DNA of 41,196 nucleotides from Gammaproteobacteria bacterium (GTDB taxonomy: Bacteria; Pseudomonadota; Gammaproteobacteria; SZUA-152), in contig DRQN01000164.1 in assembly GCA_011371455.1 (NCBI GenBank), forward strand, positions 1 to 41,196, read 5' to 3'. Position numbers and translations under genes: made by a program. Below are positions 9,438-17,873 of this stretch, in pieces. A model generated the notes under the pieces. It ran no database searches. It had not been told where the DNA came from and saw only the letters and a program-made list of their open reading frames with translations. The first letter of the stretch is position 1. Each line of letters begins with the position of its first letter.

Positions 9438-10214
9438 TCAGCCTCCCGCCAGCCAGCGCATGAACTCGAAGATGACCGTCAGCTGGTTGCCCACCTGCGC
9501 GGAGATCACGTCCAGGGTGGCGATCATGATGAAGAAACCCGCCAGAATGGCGATGGGGAAGCCCAACGAGAAGATGTTGAACTGCGGCGCCGAGCGGGTG
9601 ACGATGCCGAAGGTCAGGTTGATCAACAACAGCGCGGCGATCGCCGGCAAGGCAATCTGCACCGCGCCGGCATACATCTTTCCGCCCCATACCGCGAGCT
9701 GCCACATGCCGTCGCGGGTCAGGCCGCTCATGCCGATGGGCAGGGTTCTGAAGCTTTCCGCCACCACATCGATGAACACCAGATGGCCATCGAGGGCGAA
9801 GAAGATCAGGGTCAGGGTGATGACGTAAAACTGGCTGATCACCGGCACCGTGGTGCCCGAGGCGGGGTCCACCATGGTGGAGAAGCCGAGGCCCATCTGA
9901 TAGGCGATGACCTGCCCGCCGAGCACGAACATGGCGAACACCAGTTGCAGGGCCAGGCCCATGGCGACGCCGATGAGGATCTGGTTGAGGGTGATCAGCA
10001 CCGCCTCGCCGCTGAGCGGATCGACCGCCGGCGGCGGCGGCAGGAGCGGCATGATGACGAAGGTGATCATCAGCGCAAAAACCAGCTTGATGCGTACCGG
10101 CACCGTGCGCGCGCCAAACACCGGCGCCGCCGTCACCAGCGCGGCGACACGGAACAGCGGCCACAGAAAGGCCCCGACCCAGGACATGATTTCCGAACTG
10201 GCGAAGGTCATCAT
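9438..10214 (-). CDS. fliR: Flagellar export apparatus protein FliR
   Basis: 258-aa polytopic membrane protein positioned between fliQ and flhB. Confidence 0.9.
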   Translation of the reverse strand: MMTFASSEIMSWVGAFLWPLFRVAALVTAAPVFGARTVPVRIKLVFALMITFVIMPLLPPPPAVDPLSGEAVLITLNQILIGVAMGLALQLVFAMFVLGGQVIAYQMGLGFSTMVDPASGTTVPVISQFYVITLTLIFFALDGHLVFIDVVAESFRTLPIGMSGLTRDGMWQLAVWGGKMYAGAVQIALPAIAALLLINLTFGIVTRSAPQFNIFSLGFPIAILAGFFIMIATLDVISAQVGNQLTVIFEFMRWLAGG

Positions 10215-10225
10215 GCGACGCCTGC

Positions 10226-10495
10226 TCAGCCGATGATCATGGGAATTTCGCCGAGCAGGCGCTGGGTGAAATCCAGCAGCAGGGTCAGCAGCCAGGGACC
10301 CGCCGCCATCAGGGTAAGGAAGGTGACGCCCAGCTTGGGAATGAAGCTCAGGGTCTGCTCGTTGAGCTGGGTGGCGGCCTGGAACATACTCACCAGCAGC
10401 CCCACCGCCAGCGCCGGCAGGAGAATGATCCCCGTCAGCAGCAACGTTACTTCGAGGGCCTTTTGCGCAACCGTCAGCACCATTTCCGGGGTCAT
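10226..10495 (-). CDS. fliQ: Flagellar export apparatus protein FliQ
   Basis: 89-aa protein with two TM segments, positioned between fliP and fliR. Confidence 0.9.
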   Translation of the reverse strand: MTPEMVLTVAQKALEVTLLLTGIILLPALAVGLLVSMFQAATQLNEQTLSFIPKLGVTFLTLMAAGPWLLTLLLDFTQRLLGEIPMIIG

Positions 10496-10548
10496 GAGAT
10501 TTTCCTTTACAGCACGGTTACCCGGGAAGGGATAACATCAACTGGAGG

Positions 10549-11298
10549 TCAAACGTAAAAACTCGAAGCCAGCGTACCCATGATCATCGCCCAGCCGTCC
10601 ACCAGCACGAACAGCATGATCTTGAAGGGCAGCGAGATGATCATCGGCGACAGCATCATCATGCCCATGGCCATCAGCACCGAGGCCACCACCAGGTCGA
10701 TGATCAGAAAAGGGATAAAAATCAGAAAGCCGATCTGATAGGCAGTCTTCAGTTCGCTGGTGACAAAAGACGGCATCAGCAGGGAAAACGGCACCTCGGC
10801 GGGATCAGCGACGGGTCCGCTGCCGGCGATGTCGGCAAACATGGACAGATCCTTCTCACGCGTCTGCGCCAGCATGAACTCACGGAACGGTATGCTGGCG
10901 CGCTCGAAGGCCGCCTTGGCCTCGATCTTTTCGTCCAGATAGGGCACCACCGCCTCCTCGTACACCTGGGTGAACACCGGCGCCATGACGAAAAAGGTCA
11001 GGAACAGCGCCAGGCCGATGAGGATCTGCCCGGACGGTGCCGTCGGCATGCCCACCGCCTGGCGCACGATGGCCAGTACGATGATGATGCGGGTAAACGA
11101 GGTAAGCATGATCAGCGCCGCCGGCAGCAGGCTGAAGGCGGTCATCAGGGCGAGGATTTGCAGGCCCACGCTGTAGGTCTGGCCGCCATCTTCCTCGGTG
11201 GTCACAGAGAGTATCTGCAGGCCGGGGTCGGCCGCCTGCGCAAGACCGGAGAACAGCAGCATCGACAAGGCAGCGGCAAACGGCAAACGGTAACGCAT
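10549..11298 (-). CDS. fliP: Flagellar export apparatus protein FliP
   Basis: 249 aa with a signal peptide and conserved FliP blocks ([23 protein letters not shown]). Confidence 0.95.
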   Translation of the reverse strand: MRYRLPFAAALSMLLFSGLAQAADPGLQILSVTTEEDGGQTYSVGLQILALMTAFSLLPAALIMLTSFTRIIIVLAIVRQAVGMPTAPSGQILIGLALFLTFFVMAPVFTQVYEEAVVPYLDEKIEAKAAFERASIPFREFMLAQTREKDLSMFADIAGSGPVADPAEVPFSLLMPSFVTSELKTAYQIGFLIFIPFLIIDLVVASVLMAMGMMMLSPMIISLPFKIMLFVLVDGWAMIMGTLASSFYV

Positions 11299-11786
11299 CA
11301 GCCCACCTCCCGGTTCTTCAGCACGCTTTGCAGGCGCATGGCGAAACTGGGGGTGGCGGTACCGTCCGGCGCCGCTGTTTCACCATGGTCTTCATCTGTG
11401 TTCAGCGGTTGATCCAGAACATGCAGGGTGCGAATCTGCCCCGGCGCCACGCCTAACACCAATTGTTGATCACCCACCTGCAACAGCACCACGCGTTCGC
11501 GCGTGCCCAGCGACAGGCCACCGACGATCTTCATCTGCCCCTGCACGCCACCGCGCAGATTACCGAAACGCTTTACCATCCAGCCGATGGCGATGATCAC
11601 CGCCAGCACCGCCAGCAGGCCAAGGGTGGTCTGCAGCAGCTGCGAGGTGACATTGTTGTCCGCCAGCACGCTGCCGGCCGGGGCCTTTTCGGCAGCCTTT
11701 TGCACCGCCTCCCCGGCGGCCCGCGCCGTCGTGGCGATCGAGGCGGCGGCGATAACGAAAATGAGTAGCAGGGGCGTCTTCATCAT
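11298..11786 (-). CDS. fliO: Flagellar biosynthesis protein FliO
   Basis: 162-aa bitopic protein. The call rests mainly on position between fliN and fliP and on its single internal TM segment; sequence conservation is low. Confidence 0.7.
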   Translation of the reverse strand: MMKTPLLLIFVIAAASIATTARAAGEAVQKAAEKAPAGSVLADNNVTSQLLQTTLGLLAVLAVIIAIGWMVKRFGNLRGGVQGQMKIVGGLSLGTRERVVLLQVGDQQLVLGVAPGQIRTLHVLDQPLNTDEDHGETAAPDGTATPSFAMRLQSVLKNREVG

Positions 11787-12274
11787 TTCAGCTTCTTGAT
11801 ACGTTCCTGGGCGCTGATCACGTCGGTAAGACGAATGCCGTACTTCTCGTTCACCACCACCACTTCACCGTGCGCGATGAGCGTGCCGTTGACCATCACG
11901 TCCAGCGGCTCGCCGGCCAGACGGTCCAGCTCCACTACCGAGCCCTGGTTCAGTTTCAGCAGGTTGCGAATGCTGATCTTGGTGGAGCCGACCTGCATGC
12001 TGATGTTGACCGGAATATCGAGGATCACATCGAGACTGACGTCTTCCAGAGTGGCGCCGTTCTCCTCCGCCTGCAGTTGCTCCATCGGCGCCTGTTCGAC
12101 CGCGCCGGCCGCGCTCGCCTCGGCGCTGGCCTGCTCGGCCAGGGCTTCCCCCCAGTCGGCCTCCGCCGGCGCCGCATCGTCCGAAGCGCCCGTCTCGGCA
12201 CTGGCCTGCTCTGCCATCGCGGCCGCCCAGTCGTCGCCCGCGCCGTTGTCTTGTGTATCCGTGGTATCGTTCAT
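11783..12274 (-). CDS. fliN: Flagellar motor switch protein FliN
   Basis: 163 aa with an acidic, low-complexity N-terminus. The C-terminus is a SpoA/FliN domain (ISMQVGSTKISIRNLLKLNQGSVVELD...GEVVVVNEKYGIRL). Confidence 0.92.
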   Translation of the reverse strand: MNDTTDTQDNGAGDDWAAAMAEQASAETGASDDAAPAEADWGEALAEQASAEASAAGAVEQAPMEQLQAEENGATLEDVSLDVILDIPVNISMQVGSTKISIRNLLKLNQGSVVELDRLAGEPLDVMVNGTLIAHGEVVVVNEKYGIRLTDVISAQERIKKLK

Positions 12275-12292
12275 CTGCTTAACCTGTGCGTT

Positions 12293-13360
12293 CTATGAAT
12301 TGTTCGCCGCAGTGGCGGGCTCGGGCAATCGAGGGGGCTCATCCGCCGTCGGTTCTTCCAGGACCAGCGGCAGCTCCGGGGTGGGCGGCAGGGTCACCTG
12401 CTCGATGACCTTGACCGCCTCGTTGCCATTGGCAACGCCATACTTGCCGCGAAACACCGGCACCCCCTCGGCGCTCACCGTCACCAGCTCCGGCATATCC
12501 ACCGGAATCACGTCACCGGCCTTCATCGCCAGTACGTCGCGCAGACTCATCTCCGCCTCGGCGAGGGTACAGGAAAGGTGCACCTCGGCGCTCTTGACCT
12601 CTTCACGCAGGGCAAAGCCCCAGCGTCCGTCGGCATCGTCGCGGTCGCTCTGCACGCCGGCGTCGAGAATCTCGCGCATCGGCTCTAACATGGAATAGGG
12701 CATGGTGACGTGAAAGTCGCCGCCGCCGCCCTCGATCTCCACGTGAAAGGTGGTTACCACCACCACTTCGCTGGGGCTGACGATATTGGCGAACTGGGGA
12801 TTCACTTCCGAATTGATGAATTCAAAATCCAGCTCCATCACCGGCGACCAGGCCTCTTTCAGGTCGATGAACACCTGGTCGAGAATGATCTGGATCACGC
12901 GCCGCTCGGTGGGGGTGAACTCACGCCCCTCGATCTTGGTGTGAAAGCTGCCGTCGCCGCCGAAATAGTTGTCCACCACCATGAACACCAGCTTGGGGTC
13001 GAGCACGAACAGCGCCGTGCCACGCAGTGGCTTGATCTTCACCATGTTGAGGCTGGTGGGCACGAACAGGCTGTGCACGTATTCGGAAAATTTCAGCATC
13101 TGCACGCCGCCGACGGAGATCTCCGCGCTGCGCCGCAGCAGGTTGAACAGGCTGATGCGGAACAGCCGCGCATAACGCTCATTGACCATCTCCAGGGTCG
13201 GCATGCGCCCGCGCACGATGCGGTCCTGGGTGGTGAAGTCGTATTCACGCGCCTCACCATCGGCCAGATCATCATCGGCATCGGTGTCGATGTCGCTGCT
13301 GGAAACACCGTGCAGCAGGGCATCGATTTCGTCCTGGGAAAGAAGGTCGTTTACGGCCAT
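12293..13360 (-). CDS. fliM: Flagellar motor switch protein FliM
   Basis: 355 aa with an N-terminal CheY-P binding motif (LSQDEIDALL), a FliM middle domain and a C-terminal SpoA-like domain. Confidence 0.95.
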   Translation of the reverse strand: MAVNDLLSQDEIDALLHGVSSSDIDTDADDDLADGEAREYDFTTQDRIVRGRMPTLEMVNERYARLFRISLFNLLRRSAEISVGGVQMLKFSEYVHSLFVPTSLNMVKIKPLRGTALFVLDPKLVFMVVDNYFGGDGSFHTKIEGREFTPTERRVIQIILDQVFIDLKEAWSPVMELDFEFINSEVNPQFANIVSPSEVVVVTTFHVEIEGGGGDFHVTMPYSMLEPMREILDAGVQSDRDDADGRWGFALREEVKSAEVHLSCTLAEAEMSLRDVLAMKAGDVIPVDMPELVTVSAEGVPVFRGKYGVANGNEAVKVIEQVTLPPTPELPLVLEEPTADEPPRLPEPATAANNS

Positions 13361-13378
13361 GTCGTCGGATCCCGCCCG

Positions 13379-13912
13379 CTACTGCATCACGAAGCTGGTG
13401 AAGTACACCGCTTCCACGCCGGGGTCGCCGGTCTCTTCTTCGAGGATCTGCTGAATCACCGCCAGCGCCTCTTCGCGCAGCGTCTCCTTGCCGTCCAGGG
13501 TGCTGACGCCGTCGTAGGTCTGGCTGCTGAACAGCAGCATCAGGTTGTTGCGGATCACCGGCAGATGCTGCTCGACGTGCTCCACCACCTTGGGGTCGCG
13601 GGTCATCACCTCCACCGTAATCTGCAGGAATCGCGCGCGCCCCTCGCTGGCGAAATTGACCACGAAGGCGGGATCGATGGGAATATAGATCGCCGGCATG
13701 TCCGCGCCGCCGTGGCCATCGTCTCCTTCGTCAGCGCTGTCATGCCCCTCCGCCACCGCGGCCTGGCCACCGCCCGCGGGCAGCATGCCGGCGGCAAACA
13801 GTCCCCCCACCACCAGCACGATGGCGGTCATCAGCGGCAACACGCCGAAAAGAAGGATTTTGGTCACCATCGAGCCCTTGGGCTTTTCCTGGTCCTTGTC
13901 GTCATCTGCCAT
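13379..13912 (-). CDS. fliL: Flagellar basal-body-associated protein FliL
   Basis: 177 aa with a single N-terminal TM segment and a FliL-like C-terminal region (FLQITVEVMTRDPKV...EVYFTSFVMQ). It is the first gene downstream of a sigma-54 promoter. Confidence 0.85.
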   Translation of the reverse strand: MADDDKDQEKPKGSMVTKILLFGVLPLMTAIVLVVGGLFAAGMLPAGGGQAAVAEGHDSADEGDDGHGGADMPAIYIPIDPAFVVNFASEGRARFLQITVEVMTRDPKVVEHVEQHLPVIRNNLMLLFSSQTYDGVSTLDGKETLREEALAVIQQILEEETGDPGVEAVYFTSFVMQ

Positions 13913-13995
13913 GGTCTTGCTTCCTCGATTTCACTGCGGCTTTCTGCGGCTTTGCGGCCAAGCAGACATTCACGCCTGCTTGTCGCAACTGCCGC

Positions 13996-14011
13996 TGCAA
14001 GTGCCATGCCA
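13996..14011 (-). promoter_or_regulatory. Sigma-54 (RpoN) promoter for the fliLMNOPQR-flhB operon
   Basis: The minus strand reads TGGCAT-ggcac-TTGCA against the consensus TGGCAC-N5-TTGCA. It lies about 85 nt upstream of the fliL ATG. Confidence 0.6.
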
Positions 14012-14280
14012 CCCAGCCACGGCGGAGACGGCCCAATGATTTCAAGGTGTTGGAAACCCAGTAATGGGAAATGACCGTTTTTTGACTCCCGGCAAACGGC
14101 GCCATAGCCGGAAACCCGTCGGCCGCATGGAAGGGCCGCGGCGGCCACGGTAGAATGGCCTTGCGGCTTCCACGACGGCCGCAACGGGAATAACGAAAAA
14201 TCCAATAACCCGGCAACCCTGCCCAGTCGTCGATGCACCTCTACGCCGCTGGGCGGTGAAGCACCTCCAGGAGTCATCCG

Positions 14281-15312
14281 ATGTCACACCACTACCCCCT
14301 TCTGGGCCTTGGCCTGGCCCTTGGCCTCTACGCATCCCCTTCCGTCGCGGACTTCGCGCATTTCCAGGCATTACCGCAGGCGGTACAGCAACCGGCGGAC
14401 AATCCCTCCAGCGCGGAAAAAATCCGCCTCGGCAGAAAGCTGTTCTTCGACCCCGCCCTGCTGGGCGCGGACAGTCGCCTGTCCTGCAACAGCTGTCACA
14501 ACCTGGCCACGGCCGGGGTGGATGGCAAGGCGGTCTCTCATGGCCAGCACGGGCGCCACACCTACCGCTCGACGCCAACCCTGTGGAACATCGGTTTTCA
14601 GACCGTGTTGTACTGGGATGGCCGCAGCCCCAGCCTGGAGGCCCAGGCCCTGGATCACCTGCGCGACCCGGTGATTTCAGACAACGCCCATCTGGGCGCC
14701 ATGGTGCAACGGCTGTACGACTCGGCAGATTATCGGCGGGCCTTCGCGGCCGCCTTCCCCGGCGAGGACGCGGTATCCGCCGACAACGTGGCGCGCGCCC
14801 TGGCCAGCTTCCAGCGCAGCCTGCTGAGCCCCGACAGCCCCTTCGACCGCTACATCCGCGGCGACGAAGACGCCCTTTCCGCGCGCGCCAAGCGCGGCAT
14901 GCGCCTGTTCAACGACAGCGGCTGCGTGTCCTGTCACTTCGGCGTCAACTTCGCCGGCCCGGCGCCTGGCCCGGCCATGGGCCCGGGTGACGGCTTCTAC
15001 GAACTGTTCCCCAACCACCTCGGCAGCCAATACGACAGCCAATACCGGCTGGCGGATGATCTGGGACGCTTCGAGGCGACGGGCAATCTATGGGAAAAAC
15101 ATCTGTGGCGGATGCCGATCCTGCGCAACATCGCCGAGACCGCGCCCTATTTTCACAATGGCCGGGTAAAGACCCTGGACGAGGCGGTGCGAGTGATGGC
15201 GAAGACTCAGCTGAGACTGGAATTCAGCGAGGCGGAAGTGCAAGACATCGTGGCCTTTCTGCGAAGCCTGACGGGAAGGATGACGCTGCCGGCGGAGGGG
15301 GCTGGGGACTGA
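14281..15312 (+). CDS. Periplasmic di-haem cytochrome c peroxidase (CCP/MauG family)
   Basis: 343 aa with a signal peptide (LLGLGLALGLYASPSVA) and two CxxCH haem motifs (CNSCH, CVSCH). CCP blocks are present: LGRKLFFDP, WDGR, FDRY, PILRNIAETAPYFHNG. A GGAG RBS sits 7 nt upstream. The stop codon lies inside the first heptamer repeat units. Confidence 0.87.
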   Translation: MSHHYPLLGLGLALGLYASPSVADFAHFQALPQAVQQPADNPSSAEKIRLGRKLFFDPALLGADSRLSCNSCHNLATAGVDGKAVSHGQHGRHTYRSTPTLWNIGFQTVLYWDGRSPSLEAQALDHLRDPVISDNAHLGAMVQRLYDSADYRRAFAAAFPGEDAVSADNVARALASFQRSLLSPDSPFDRYIRGDEDALSARAKRGMRLFNDSGCVSCHFGVNFAGPAPGPAMGPGDGFYELFPNHLGSQYDSQYRLADDLGRFEATGNLWEKHLWRMPILRNIAETAPYFHNGRVKTLDEAVRVMAKTQLRLEFSEAEVQDIVAFLRSLTGRMTLPAEGAGD

Positions 15313-15614
15313 GGACTGAGGACTGAGGACTGGGGACTGAGGACTGAGGACTGAGGACTGAGGACTGAGGACTGAGGACTGAGGACTGAGGACTGAGGGC
15401 TGAGGGCTGAGGGCTGAGGGCTGAGGGCTGAGGGCTGAGGACTGAGGACTGAGGACTGAGGACTGAGGACTGAGGACTGAGGGCTGAGGGCTGAGGGCTG
15501 AGGACTGAGGACTGAGGACTGAGGACTGAGGACTGAGGGCTGAGGACTGAGGGCTGAGGACTGAGGACTGAGGACTGAGGACTGAGGGCTGAGGACTGAG
15601 GACTGAGGACTGAG
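15302..15614. repeat. Heptanucleotide microsatellite block 1: about 44.7 tandem copies of CTGAGGA, with variants CTGAGGG and CTGGGGA
   Basis: I phased the units by hand with no indels. The G-variant units come in runs (6, then 3, then singles). The two CTGGGGA variants are at the 5' end. Confidence 0.97.
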
Positions 15615-15698
15615 CACTCGGCACTCAGCACTCAGCACTCAGCACTCAGCACTCAGCACTCAGCACTCAGCACTCAGCACTCAGCACTCAGCACTCAG
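15615..15698. repeat. Heptanucleotide microsatellite block 2: 12 tandem copies of CACTCAG (the first is CACTCGG)
   Basis: It abuts block 1 directly. The unit is a 5/7 reverse-complement of the block 1 unit (CTGAG pairs with CTCAG). It ends 9 nt before the stop of the convergent STAS gene. Confidence 0.97.
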
Positions 15699-15707
15699 AA
15701 AAAGACA

Positions 15708-16010
15708 TCAGGTCAGGGTGAACATCTTGTCCAGGTTGGAGATGGACAGCACCTTGCGCACCTCCGGGCTGCAGTTCTGCAGACGGATGTCGGCGGACGC
15801 CTCGCCGGCGAATTCGCGCAACAGCAGCAGCATACCCATGGCCGAGCTGTCCATGAAGGTGGTCTGGCTCAGGTCGATGACGAACCGGGTGTCGGGGGGC
15901 AGGTTCCGGTAGGCGTCACGGAACTCTGCATGCAGGCTGAAATCGAAGCGGCCGGCGATGATAATATCCAGCTGATCGCCTTCCTCGGAAAGCCGTGTCG
16001 TAATGCCCAT
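15708..16010 (-). CDS. STAS-domain protein (SpoIIAA-like anti-sigma-factor antagonist fold); last gene of the second che cluster
   Basis: 100 aa with a SpoIIAA-type motif (VIDLSQTTFMDSSAMGMLLLL) that retains the phosphorylatable Ser position. A double AAGGAG RBS lies upstream. Confidence 0.75.
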   Translation of the reverse strand: MGITTRLSEEGDQLDIIIAGRFDFSLHAEFRDAYRNLPPDTRFVIDLSQTTFMDSSAMGMLLLLREFAGEASADIRLQNCSPEVRKVLSISNLDKMFTLT

Positions 16011-16126
16011 ACTCCTTGTCTCCTTGCTGCTGACGGGCCGCTATTTCATGCGACGTATTTTGCTGGCCCCGATATTACCATCATAGCCGCGCTGTCCCGA
16101 GTCGAATTTTCCCCGGGCGCGGGCCG

Positions 16127-17203
16127 TCAGCCTTTCAAGCGACGCAGAATGTGCTGCGGAATCCTGTTCAGCGAAAGCACGTCGTCCACGCAACCCAGCT
16201 TGACCGCCTCGCCCGGCATGCCCCACACCACGCTGCTCTTTTCGTCCTGGGCGATGGTTGGCGCGCCGGCCTCCTTCATTTCCAGCATGCCCCGCGCACC
16301 GTCGTCGCCCATGCCGGTCAGCAGCACGGCCATGGCGTTCGAGCCCACGTTCTGCGCCACCGAGCGGAACAGCACGTCCACCGAGGGTTTGTGCCGGTTG
16401 ACCGGCGGCCCGTCACTGAGCCGGCAGATGTAACGCGCGCCGTCCCGCTCCACCATCAGGTGCTGGCTGCCGGGGGCGATATAGGCATGACCGGTGACGA
16501 TCTGCTGCCCGTCCTCGGCCTCGCACACCGTCATCGCCGATATACCGTCCATGCGTCTGGCAAAGGGGGCGCTGAAGGCCTCGGGGATGTGCTGGGTGAT
16601 CACCGTCCCCGGGGTATCCGCCGGCAGGTGCATGAGCACTTCCTTGATGGCCTCGGTGCCGCCGGTGGAGGCGCCGATGGCGAGGATGCGATCGGTGGTG
16701 CGGAAATGGTGCGCCGGCGCCGCTTTACCGAGCACCGCATCGGCCGTGCGCCGCTCCGCCACCTCGCCGGCAGCGGACGGATTGCGCGCCAGGGCCTGCA
16801 CCCGCGCGCCGGCCGCCGTGCGCACCTTGGTGACGATCTCTTCGGCATAGTCGTCCAGGGTATGGGCGATGTCCGTCTTGGGCTTGGAAACGAAATCCAC
16901 CGCACCCAGTTCCAGCGCCTGAAAGGTGATATCCGCGCCCTTCTCGGTGAGGGTCGAGACCATCACCACCGGCATCGGGCGCAGGCGCATGAGATTGCGC
17001 AGGAAGGTGACGCCGTCCATGCGCGGCATCTCCACATCCAGGGTCAGCACGTCCGGGTTCAGCGACTTGATGCGCTCGCGCGCCACATAGGGATCCTGCG
17101 CGGTGCCGACCACCTCGATATCCGGGGCGGAATTCAGCATCTCGGTCAGCATCTGCCGCACCAGGGCGGAGTCGTCGACGATCAGAACCTTGATCTTTTT
17201 CAT
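16127..17203 (-). CDS. cheB: Chemotaxis methylesterase/deamidase CheB (receiver plus CheB_methylest domains)
   Basis: 358 aa with receiver motifs ([26 protein letters not shown]) and catalytic-domain blocks ([16 protein letters not shown]). Confidence 0.93.
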   Translation of the reverse strand: MKKIKVLIVDDSALVRQMLTEMLNSAPDIEVVGTAQDPYVARERIKSLNPDVLTLDVEMPRMDGVTFLRNLMRLRPMPVVMVSTLTEKGADITFQALELGAVDFVSKPKTDIAHTLDDYAEEIVTKVRTAAGARVQALARNPSAAGEVAERRTADAVLGKAAPAHHFRTTDRILAIGASTGGTEAIKEVLMHLPADTPGTVITQHIPEAFSAPFARRMDGISAMTVCEAEDGQQIVTGHAYIAPGSQHLMVERDGARYICRLSDGPPVNRHKPSVDVLFRSVAQNVGSNAMAVLLTGMGDDGARGMLEMKEAGAPTIAQDEKSSVVWGMPGEAVKLGCVDDVLSLNRIPQHILRRLKG

Positions 17204-17215
17204 TTTCTTCCTTGC

Positions 17216-17863
17216 TCAGAACAGGTCGATTTCACCAGCTACCGGCTGCTGATCGATGGTCTTCATGTAGGCCGTTTCACGCTCGGCCACGGTACGGTTG
17301 TGCATGTTGCGCAGCTTTTTCACCCGCACCAGACCGGTATGGGGATGAAACAGCACCTTACGCGGATAGATATCACCCACGTCCTCGGCCACCAGCTTCA
17401 ACCCTTCGAGGCGCAGGTATTCCTCGACAAAATGGATGTTGCGCTCACCCACGTTGCTGCTCATGGTCTTGCTCAACACCTGGCCACCGCCGAAGATCTT
17501 GACCTCCAGGTTCTTGCGCGAACCGCCGTGTTTGAGGATCTCGTTGATCAGCAATTCCATGGCGTAATTGCCATAGCGGGTGGACAGGCCGCCGTCCGAG
17601 TCCCAGCTGCCGGTGCCGGACGACAATGGCAGCATGAAGTGATTCATGCCGCCGACCTTGAAGATGGGATCGCGCACGCAGGCCGAGACGCAGGAGCCCA
17701 GCACCGTCGTGATCACCTCATCCTCAGTGGTCACATAGACCTCGCCGGGCAGGATCTTGGCGGCGTACTTGTCGTTAGTCTTGTCCCAGTAGCGCTTGAT
17801 GCCCTCGAAGCCTTCCAGGGCCGGCGGCATGTCGATGGGGGCTTTTGTTTTCGGCAAGGCCAT
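17216..17863 (-). CDS. cheD: Chemoreceptor glutamine deamidase CheD
   Basis: 215 aa with the CheD signature TVLGSCVSACVRD...GGMNHFMLP. Confidence 0.9.
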   Translation of the reverse strand: MALPKTKAPIDMPPALEGFEGIKRYWDKTNDKYAAKILPGEVYVTTEDEVITTVLGSCVSACVRDPIFKVGGMNHFMLPLSSGTGSWDSDGGLSTRYGNYAMELLINEILKHGGSRKNLEVKIFGGGQVLSKTMSSNVGERNIHFVEEYLRLEGLKLVAEDVGDIYPRKVLFHPHTGLVRVKKLRNMHNRTVAERETAYMKTIDQQPVAGEIDLF

Positions 17864-17873
17864 GACGTCCCTC

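Noticed and set aside
13997-14006. A second TGGCAC on the minus strand (complement of 14001-14006), followed directly by TTGC (complement of 13997-14000), upstream of fliL.
   Set aside because: Taking this TGGCAC as the -24 element leaves zero spacing to TTGC, so it is not a valid sigma-54 promoter. The functional register is the overlapping TGGCAT-N5-TTGCA reported as a feature.
14042-14578. Minus-strand ORFs (137-178 aa) spanning the fliL-ccp intergenic region and the ccp 5' end.
   Set aside because: They are Arg/Pro/Gly-rich with no motifs. They overlap the sigma-54 promoter region and the well-supported ccp gene, and are typical GC-rich noise.
15088-15638. Three overlapping minus-strand ORFs (135-178 aa) encoding (SVLSPQS)n through the heptamer array.
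   Set aside because: Their openness follows automatically from the repeat unit, which has no stop in any minus frame. They start at GTG codons inside the repeat, have no RBS, and run antisense into the ccp gene. I keep them only as something to test by proteomics.
15302-15698. The possibility that the regular repeat array is a CRISPR.
   Set aside because: The units are 7 nt and strictly contiguous, with no unique spacers. No cas genes are in the window.
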